Shown here one piece after another: positions 9,076 to 16,435 of a DNA stretch of 32,000 bases. The notes beneath the pieces are model-generated. The model did no database searches and was not told where the DNA came from. It saw only the letters and a list, made by a program, of their open reading frames with translations. The position numbers were made by a program, and so were the translations under genes. The stretch's first letter is position 1. The number at the start of each line of letters is the position of its first letter. This DNA is from an uncultured Chloroflexia bacterium (GTDB lineage Bacteria > Chloroflexota > Anaerolineae > Anaerolineales > Anaerolineaceae), in assembly GCA_963704755.1 (NCBI GenBank), contig OY969938.1:480001-512000 (forward strand), read 5' to 3'.

Positions 9076-11394
9076 ATGGAAGAACTGATTTCCTTAGTAT
9101 GTGCTGATATCCAAAAATTACAATTGGCTTTGGGGAAAAATGAAACCCAGGCCATTGATAGAGCCGTACAATCCCTCGAAAGACGGTTGTTTTCTGATCG
9201 CAGTTTCGAAAAGATAGGAGATGAGAGAGCTTTATTTTCTGCAACCAGGCTTCTTACCTCGATATACGATGAGGAAATTAAAGATCAACTTACACCGTTG
9301 GTAGATTGGCTTGATGTTATCAGGGATATCAATAACAAATTCTATGCCATTCTCAATCATGAGATCGGCCTCGATGATTTGCTATTGGCCCACCTATCAT
9401 CTTGGAAAATACTATCTGATGAGGTTCATTGCAACTATGATGAGAATATCAAGCTAAGGTTGAAAGATGCGCGGGAAAAAAATAGGGATGAACTAAAAAT
9501 TCGATCTTTCGTATCCTTATATATAGAGTACATCAGACAGCAATCTCCAATGCTAAATACTTCTGAGCTTGAGAGAGTCATTGAAGTGGTTTTAGAGAGT
9601 TATAAAGCCCTAAACCAATGGAATGCTCAAGCTCTATTTTCATTAGGCAATATAGGCGACGTTTACGGAACAAAGATTAAAGCTACACCGAATGGAACAG
9701 GAAGCATAGAATCGCTGAATGAAACTGATTTAGAAATGAAGAAAGCAGCAAACGGCGCCTTCACATTTATTAAAAGCAAATATCCCTTTGCAAAAACTTG
9801 GGATATCAATTGGGAAATAGAAAGAGGGGACATCCCGTACCAAGGGAACTCAATAGGTTTAGCATTATCTACTGGTATTCTATCTACCATCGAAGGATTT
9901 GAAATTGATCCTTACACTGCCTTCACAGGTCACGTCGAATGGAATACCGGTGATGTAAAGGCTGTTGGAGAGATAAGTGTTAAATTAATAGCAGCCAAGG
10001 ATCAAGGAATCCGAAGGGTATTTATCCCTTTGTCAAACTCAAAGGATGTACCAGATAATATCGGTTTAGATGTTGTTACGGTAAGCACTGTGGAAGAGGC
10101 CAGGAATAAATTAACGGTAAAGGCCTATATTAGTTCTAATATTCCTTTAGAAAAGCAGGCTGAATTAAAACTTAAGCAGCTAGAGATAGAGCTTTCCAAT
10201 CAAGGGATTAAGGCTACGGGGCCAATTGAGAACGGAAATTCCTTCAAGAGAATTGTTTTCACTGATTACCGTGATCAAGTTTTCGTGAACATGTATTACG
10301 GCAGAAGTGGAATAACCGCTAATGTTCAGCAAAAAAAATGTTCCTTGAAGGATAAACTGCAAGCAGCGTGTGACAGAATTATTGGAAAACAAATTACTGA
10401 AACATCAGACGAAGTGAAGCGAGACAAGTACGTCATTAAAGATCAAGATATCCAAAAGCGGGTTGAAGATTATCTCTTTGCCTTTCCAAACTCGTTACGG
10501 GAGGCTGAACAGAATTGCCAATACAGATCAAAAATTAATCAAAATGGCCAAACGGTTCGTGTTCGCCAATTTAATAACGGGACACTTACTATAGATGGCC
10601 AAGATCCCCTTTTCACTACTATTAATTCTAGTTTACAAGCCCTTTTAGGAGTCGCTTCTTCTAAAACACAGGATGATCCTAAGAGTTCGAAATTAGCAGC
10701 ACAAATAGATGCTGTAAAGGCAATTCCCTTAGGAGATCAATGGATTGGTACAGATGAGGCTGGAAAAGGAGACTACTTTGGCCCTCTTGTGGCTGCGGCA
10801 GTGATGGTTGATCGTCAAATTGCGGATCAGTTGTCAAAAATAGGAGTGAAGGATAGCAAAGAACTCTCCGATAATCGAAACAAAGAGTTAGCAATTCAAA
10901 TACAAACAATCTGTGGAAAACATGCGCAAGTAGTCATGATCCCTCCGGCCAAATATAATGCCCTTTATGAACAATTTCAAAAAGAAGGTAAAAACCTCAA
11001 TACATTATTAGCTTGGGCTCATACTCGAGCGCTAGAAGACATCTTGACTTCCTTTCCTCAAAACCAGATCACAGTAATCATCGATAAGTTCGCAGACGAG
11101 CAATATATCAAAAGCAAGCTTCTTGAAAATACAAGGCGAGCGAATTTGAATCTTATTCAGCTTCCAAAAGCAGAGGCAAATATAGCAGTAGCTGCGGCAT
11201 CAATCCTAGCAAGGGCGCAATTTCTTATTTGGCTGGAGCGGAGTTCTCAGCTACTTAACGTTTCTCTACCTAAAGGCGCATCCGATCCTAGAATCACTCT
11301 GGTCGCCCGACAGATTGTTAAAAATCAAGGCCCCGCGAAATTAACTGAGTATGTAAAACTGCATTTTAAAACCACCAAGGAAGTTCTCTCATAA
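9076..11394 (+). CDS. Multidomain fusion: N-terminal helical region, Lon-protease (S16) proteolytic-domain homolog, two RNase HIII N-terminal (DUF3378/TBP-like) modules, and an RNase HIII catalytic domain
   Basis: 772 aa.
- Lon_C-like: GTKIKATPNGTGSIESL..MKKAANGAFTFIKS..YQGNSIGLALSTGILSTIEG..AFTGHVEWNTGDVKAVGEISVKLIAAKDQGIRRVFIPLSNSKDV aligns residue for residue with E. coli Lon DGPSAGIAM...[35 protein letters not shown].
- RNase HIII: GTDEAGKGDYFGPLVAAAVMVD..KDSKELSD..VIIDKFADE (D560/E561, nt 10753-10758).
- N-domain-like segments: VFVNMYYGRSGITANVQQKK and VRVRQFNNGTLTIDGQD. Confidence 0.75.
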   Translation: MEELISLVCADIQKLQLALGKNETQAIDRAVQSLERRLFSDRSFEKIGDERALFSATRLLTSIYDEEIKDQLTPLVDWLDVIRDINNKFYAILNHEIGLDDLLLAHLSSWKILSDEVHCNYDENIKLRLKDAREKNRDELKIRSFVSLYIEYIRQQSPMLNTSELERVIEVVLESYKALNQWNAQALFSLGNIGDVYGTKIKATPNGTGSIESLNETDLEMKKAANGAFTFIKSKYPFAKTWDINWEIERGDIPYQGNSIGLALSTGILSTIEGFEIDPYTAFTGHVEWNTGDVKAVGEISVKLIAAKDQGIRRVFIPLSNSKDVPDNIGLDVVTVSTVEEARNKLTVKAYISSNIPLEKQAELKLKQLEIELSNQGIKATGPIENGNSFKRIVFTDYRDQVFVNMYYGRSGITANVQQKKCSLKDKLQAACDRIIGKQITETSDEVKRDKYVIKDQDIQKRVEDYLFAFPNSLREAEQNCQYRSKINQNGQTVRVRQFNNGTLTIDGQDPLFTTINSSLQALLGVASSKTQDDPKSSKLAAQIDAVKAIPLGDQWIGTDEAGKGDYFGPLVAAAVMVDRQIADQLSKIGVKDSKELSDNRNKELAIQIQTICGKHAQVVMIPPAKYNALYEQFQKEGKNLNTLLAWAHTRALEDILTSFPQNQITVIIDKFADEQYIKSKLLENTRRANLNLIQLPKAEANIAVAAASILARAQFLIWLERSSQLLNVSLPKGASDPRITLVARQIVKNQGPAKLTEYVKLHFKTTKEVLS

Positions 11395-11404
11395 AGGCAG
11401 AAAC

Positions 11405-12682
11405 ATGGTTACCCCACAGCTTACAACACAAATCGAAGATTTGTTGAAACGCGCTGAACTACTAGCAGAAAAACATGATTGGTCTGGAGCCGCAGATATT
11501 TGTGATGAGGCTGTCAAGGAAGCTCCGGCCAATATTTCTGTCATTGGACAACTCGGTTGGTATTTATCTCGATCCAAACGATACGCTGAAGCAATCAAAA
11601 TTTATGAAAAATTAAGCGAATTGGAACCAAAATTAGCCAAATGGCCATATATGGTTGGATATCAATACTACGATCAAAAGCTGTATAAGGAAGCTGTCAT
11701 CTGGTTCGATAGAGCATTAAACCGGCACGAAAATTACTTGGTTGTACTATATCGTAAAGGCTATGCACATTCTCAATTGAACGAAAAAGATGCTGCTATT
11801 GGCGCATTTGAAAAATGTATCAATATTTGGAAGAGTCTCGATGACCAGAATAAAGAGAAAGAAAAAAAATCCTACGCAGATGCTTGCTTCCAATTAGGAA
11901 AAATCTATTTATTGTCAGCCCAGTCAAGAAAAGCGGAAGCTGTTCTGGCTGAAGCTGTTCGCCTAGATAACCAGGATGCATATAAGTACTACGAGTACGG
12001 AAAATCTTTATTGAAGAATCAGAAACCAGAAGAAGCATTGGCTCAACTTCAGAAGGCGGAAAAACTTGAACCTCGTAAAGATTTTATTCTCGCTTATATT
12101 GCTCAGGCTTTGATGGAACTTAAAAGAATTGATGAAGCAGATAAGTTTTTAGCAAAGATTCCTGAACGATCTAGAAAGGAATATATCTGGCGAACTGTTG
12201 GAAGGGTCAGATTAGCACAAGGAAGAACCACTGAAGCTATAAGTGCTTTTAAGCAGGGGATTCGTCTAGATTCCGAAAACCATAATTCTTATTATCACCT
12301 TGGATTAGCTTATCTTGCGTGCAACGACTATCCCCAGGCATTTCAAGAATTAACTAAGGCAATAAATGTCAGAAAAGATAAATATAATCTGGACTTCCCT
12401 GAAGTAAGTCAGAAACTCGAGGAAGTTATTGAATACGCAAAAAATAACGGGATCGATTTATCCGCTGACAAGCCTATCCTTGAGAGCAAACCGATGGGTA
12501 CTATAACAAATTACAATGCGACAAGGGGTTTTGGGTTTATAAAAATGAACAGCGGTGAAGACCTGTTCTTTCATATATCCAGCGTAACCAATCCAGATAT
12601 GATCGAGGTCGGTCGTGGTGTTCATTTTGGTATTGAGGAGACACCAAAAGGGAAAAGGGCCAAAGAGGTAAAGATTCAATAA
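11405..12682 (+). CDS. TPR-repeat protein with a C-terminal cold-shock (CSD/OB) nucleic-acid-binding domain
   Basis: 425 aa. It has repeated 34-residue A/Y/L patterns (e.g. YAEAIKIYEKLSELEPK, YKEAVIWFDRALNRHEN, YPQAFQELTKAINV). The C-terminus GTITNYNATRGFGFIKMNSGEDLFFHISSV matches the CspA-type motif G.V.WFN..KGFGFI...G.D.FVH.S. Confidence 0.8.
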   Translation: MVTPQLTTQIEDLLKRAELLAEKHDWSGAADICDEAVKEAPANISVIGQLGWYLSRSKRYAEAIKIYEKLSELEPKLAKWPYMVGYQYYDQKLYKEAVIWFDRALNRHENYLVVLYRKGYAHSQLNEKDAAIGAFEKCINIWKSLDDQNKEKEKKSYADACFQLGKIYLLSAQSRKAEAVLAEAVRLDNQDAYKYYEYGKSLLKNQKPEEALAQLQKAEKLEPRKDFILAYIAQALMELKRIDEADKFLAKIPERSRKEYIWRTVGRVRLAQGRTTEAISAFKQGIRLDSENHNSYYHLGLAYLACNDYPQAFQELTKAINVRKDKYNLDFPEVSQKLEEVIEYAKNNGIDLSADKPILESKPMGTITNYNATRGFGFIKMNSGEDLFFHISSVTNPDMIEVGRGVHFGIEETPKGKRAKEVKIQ

Positions 12683-12959
12683 TAAGGTTATATTGGCAGA
12701 TTTCCATCGAACCTAGGCTCCCCTGGTATCGGAAATTAATTGAACTAATTTTATTTCAAAATGTTAGTTGCACCTGAAGTCTTTATTCTAAAGTGGATAC
12801 TGTCGAAAAAAAGTATATCTAATGAGTGCTATTTCCATTAATATCCCGTTAGATGTACGTAACGGCTACTACCTAATCAAGAAAAACAACTTTATTGGTT
12901 CACAAGTTTGAAAATGTTTTCTGCTCAGTTATTAAGTAGCGAAATGGGGGATATGATCA

Positions 12960-15954
12960 ATGCCTACAAAAAACAAAAAGAGGAAACAGCCTGATGATTA
13001 TCATCTTTTGGCCGCTAATAGAGGTTTTCGTTGGTTAGGCCCAGAGGTACCTACAACAAAAACTTTAACTACATGGGAATGTCCTAAGGGACACCAGTGG
13101 AGGGCTATTTATAATAATTTACAACAAGGCCGCGATTGCCCATTTTGTGCAAGAAAAAAGACAGCAATTGATTACCAATTACTGGCTCAAAAACGAGACT
13201 ATGAATGGTTAGGACCTTTTGTTAAAAAATACGTCATTCCGACAAAATGGAAATGCCAATTAGGTCATGAGTGGTTAGCGAGTTATCGCGAAATATTACG
13301 TGGTGATCTCTGTCCATTATGCTTTTCTACCTTTGAGAGAAAAGAGATAACTGAAAGCCGGGAAGTTTCTATAGAATCAAACGCTTCTGATGGTTTAACA
13401 ACTAATGGTGAATTATCAGAAATGGAAAATATCAATGAAGAACTCATTTTTGATTGGTGGGAAAAGAATTCTATTAAATTCCTAATGCCATTGTTTGCGT
13501 CAACAAAAAAGTTCATTCGACTTTCCACCGGTTTTTTCTCAATACAAGGTTATAACTTACTCAAGTCGTATCTTGTAAATAAACATATAGATATTCTTGT
13601 CGGTTATGACGATCGATCAAGACATGAGCTAAGAATGACATTGATCGAAGAAATAATGGAAGATTTAAGTAAATGGAAAGGAAATCGTCGCGAAGCAGTT
13701 TTAAATCTCATAGAGAAGTTAGAAAAAAGAGAATTAAGAATCGTCGATGCTCGTCTTAAGAAAAAGGACCATTCAAAAATATATATTTTTGATGGGCAAT
13801 TTGTTGCTAGTGGATCAACCAATTTAACAAAAAATGGTTTGCTGCTGAACCAAGAAGGAGATTTGGCAATTTCCAGTGCTGACAAACCTGAACGAGTGGG
13901 ATGGTGGTGCGATCAATATGAAAAATTTTGGAATGATCCTGACGCGATAGATGTTAGCCAGGTTTTATTAGATCGTTTAAAGGGGTGGTTAGGCCTGTGT
14001 AAGCCTTGGGATGTATATCTCAAAACGATTCAGATACTTTCCCCGGAAAACAAACCAATTGCTCCACGTGAAAACTATAAAGTACCTACTGAATTTCAGA
14101 TGGTGGTTGTTGCTCGTGCTATTCGTCAATTAGATGAATGGCGAGGAGCAATGATCGTTGCGTCGACAGGGTTAGGAAAAACAATCATAGCTACTCACAT
14201 AGCCTATCAGTTGCTCCACGAAGAACAAACCATCCTAAATGTTTTAATTGTCGCGCCAAAGCCAGTTAAGGATGAATGGCAAAAACGTATGCGAAGTGCA
14301 GGGGTGCCAGCATCGATACATACAAGGAACATTCTTGATATGCCATTGAATGATGATCAAAATCAGATAGCTCTAGGTGAGTTACTCGAAGCACTTTCTG
14401 AAGTTGATGAGAAGTGGTTGATAATTATTGACGAAAGTCAGCATTTTAAAAATCAGGAACGTGGAATTGGTGGAGAAAGGCGGTCCTTTTCTCGCCTAAT
14501 AGATATTGTCAATGAGAAAAAATGTAAGGTTATACTCCTGACCGCTACTCCATACGCAACGGAGCTAGATAATATTAACCACCAGCTTTTATTACTGCCC
14601 CATACATGTCCAAATGAAAAACCTCATCAACGAGCAATTCCAGGGCTTGAGTTAGGTAAGCTGTATTTGCACTCTTGGAAGGTATTGCATGTAGAAGATT
14701 TAGTAAACCTGCCCGTTGGAACGGTAATCAATACACCTTATGTTGCCCAAAATTTTGCAATTCAAAGTGAAGATGGCGACTATTTAATGTTTGGTGACAA
14801 GAAAAATTACATACCAAAGATCCAAATAAGCAAAGTAAAGGTCCCTGTTTTTTTGGAGACCTCTGTTACTAAGGCCCTTGACGAAAACTATTTTAAACAC
14901 CACAAAATACGGTATATGTCTCGCGGTAAATGGACTCACTCCACGGCTGGAGCCGAAAATGAAGCGATTATTTCTTGGGGTAGTTCGCCTTGGGCGTTAA
15001 AGGAAGTCGTTGAAAAAACAATCAGAAGAGAAAGATGGATACGATTTTCCATTTATATTCGATATAGAAGAAAGGAAAAAAGCATTAACGCCACTATTAT
15101 TAGAATTAGGAAATATGAAATATGAAGACGATGAAAAATTTATGATCTTACTTAGGCTTGTAAAGGAGTTACGCAAAGTAGGGCATAAAATTTTACTCTT
15201 TTCAGAGCGTCTAATAACAGCAGTTTATATTGAGAAAGGTTTGAAAGCTGCATTTCCCGAATTGAGAATTGCAAACACAGTAATGAGTCACGGCACCGAA
15301 TATATTCAAAAAGAATTTCGGGATGTCTATCAACTGATGGTCGGTTTTGCCCCTCGCTCAAATTCCAGAGATGATGGGTTTGTTCCGGATGATAAGTACG
15401 ACATTTTAATTACTACAGATGCTTATAGTCAGGGTGTCAATCTACAGGATGCAAGCACGGTTATTCATTATGACATAGCCTGGACTCCAGATACAATTAT
15501 CCAAAGGGCAGGTCGGATATTGCGGTTTTGGCCGGACCCCAGGCTGATCCACTTTTATGTGTTTGCTGGAACCTACCAAAACGATATTCCCCGTAATAAA
15601 CAGTCATTTAGATTGCAGGGTCGGCTCGATAAACTAATTTCTAGAACAAAAGAGGCAGAAAAATTTAGTGAAATTCCGAGTATTCCAGAAGAAACTCAAC
15701 GATTTGACAGCCTAAGAGGACTCTCATCACTACCAATTGAATTGTTGGGATATATCGAAACACAAAACTTGGAAGATAATAGACTCGAAGTCTCTACGTT
15801 TTTGACGCATTTGACAGAGTTAAAGAATAATTCTGAATACGCAAAAACAATTCCTGATGACATTACAAGTGCTTTATATGTTAGCAAGTTGCATACACCA
15901 AAACTGTATGTTTTGATTAAAGTATCAGAAGAAATATCACTGGATGATGTATGA
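12960..15954 (+). pseudogene. Zn-ribbon x2 / PLD (HKD) nuclease / SNF2-family helicase, interrupted by a +1 frame break at the A6 run 15013-15018
   Basis: - N-terminus: two copies of W.C..GH.W......GR.CP.C (DUF4379-like zinc ribbons).
- Single HKD motif: DHSKIYIFDGQFVASGSTNLTKNGL (nt ~13766-13830).
- Helicase motifs: ASTGLGKT, IIIDESQHF and LLTATP.
- After the frame break, ORF 15010-15954 supplies KILLFSER, ITTDAYSQGVNLQD and IIQRAGRILR (motifs IV-VI).
- Removing one A gives ...EVVEKQSEEKDGYDF...
- The frame-0 tail (IRRERWIRFSIYIRYRRKEK) looks like out-of-frame junk. Confidence 0.8.
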
Positions 15955-16201
15955 CATCATAGAAAATAGATTGGAAAAGCTTGAAGAAGATCAACTCCTC
16001 AATAGAATTAAATGTACAAAAGATACTCCAACTGCCCTCATTGATGCCAATGTTATAGAAAAATATCAACAAAATTGCATTAATCTATGGTGTGAAAAAA
16101 GCAATTTGGACGATTTAGAACGTGAAGATGTCGTTCATATATGCTCGTTGTATTTATCTCCGGATGAAAAAACAATTCGAAGTTTTTTATCACAAAGCTA
16201 A
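15944..16201 (+). CDS. Small hypothetical ORF (85 aa) overlapping the helicase stop by 11 nt; it is either a coupled small gene or a further frame-shifted C-terminal extension of the helicase
   Basis: The ATGATGTATGA overlap joins it to the helicase stop. Its frame is open from 15917. I recognise no motif. Confidence 0.35.
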   Translation: MMYDIIENRLEKLEEDQLLNRIKCTKDTPTALIDANVIEKYQQNCINLWCEKSNLDDLEREDVVHICSLYLSPDEKTIRSFLSQS

Positions 16202-16435
16202 TTAATCTCCAGAGCATGGATTGCCTTCAAAATTGATATTGATTTCCACTCAAGTCAATTGTTCCTGGATGCAACTGCGGTTACCATGTGGCACTTTTGC
16301 TAAACAACAAGGGAAATAAAAATATCCGAAATTACATCCCTAAACCAATCGCAAGATGAAACCTACATGGTTATCCTCGGCAACTCTGCGGTTTTTACTT
16401 TACAATTGGTTTAGTCTATATCCAGGAGAACATTC

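Noticed and set aside
12822-12911. 29-codon ORF (MSAISINIPLDVRNGYYLIKKNNFIGSQV) in the 277-nt spacer upstream of the PLD-helicase gene
   Set aside because: It has no Shine-Dalgarno sequence, is very short, and shows no recognisable features. There is insufficient evidence to call it.
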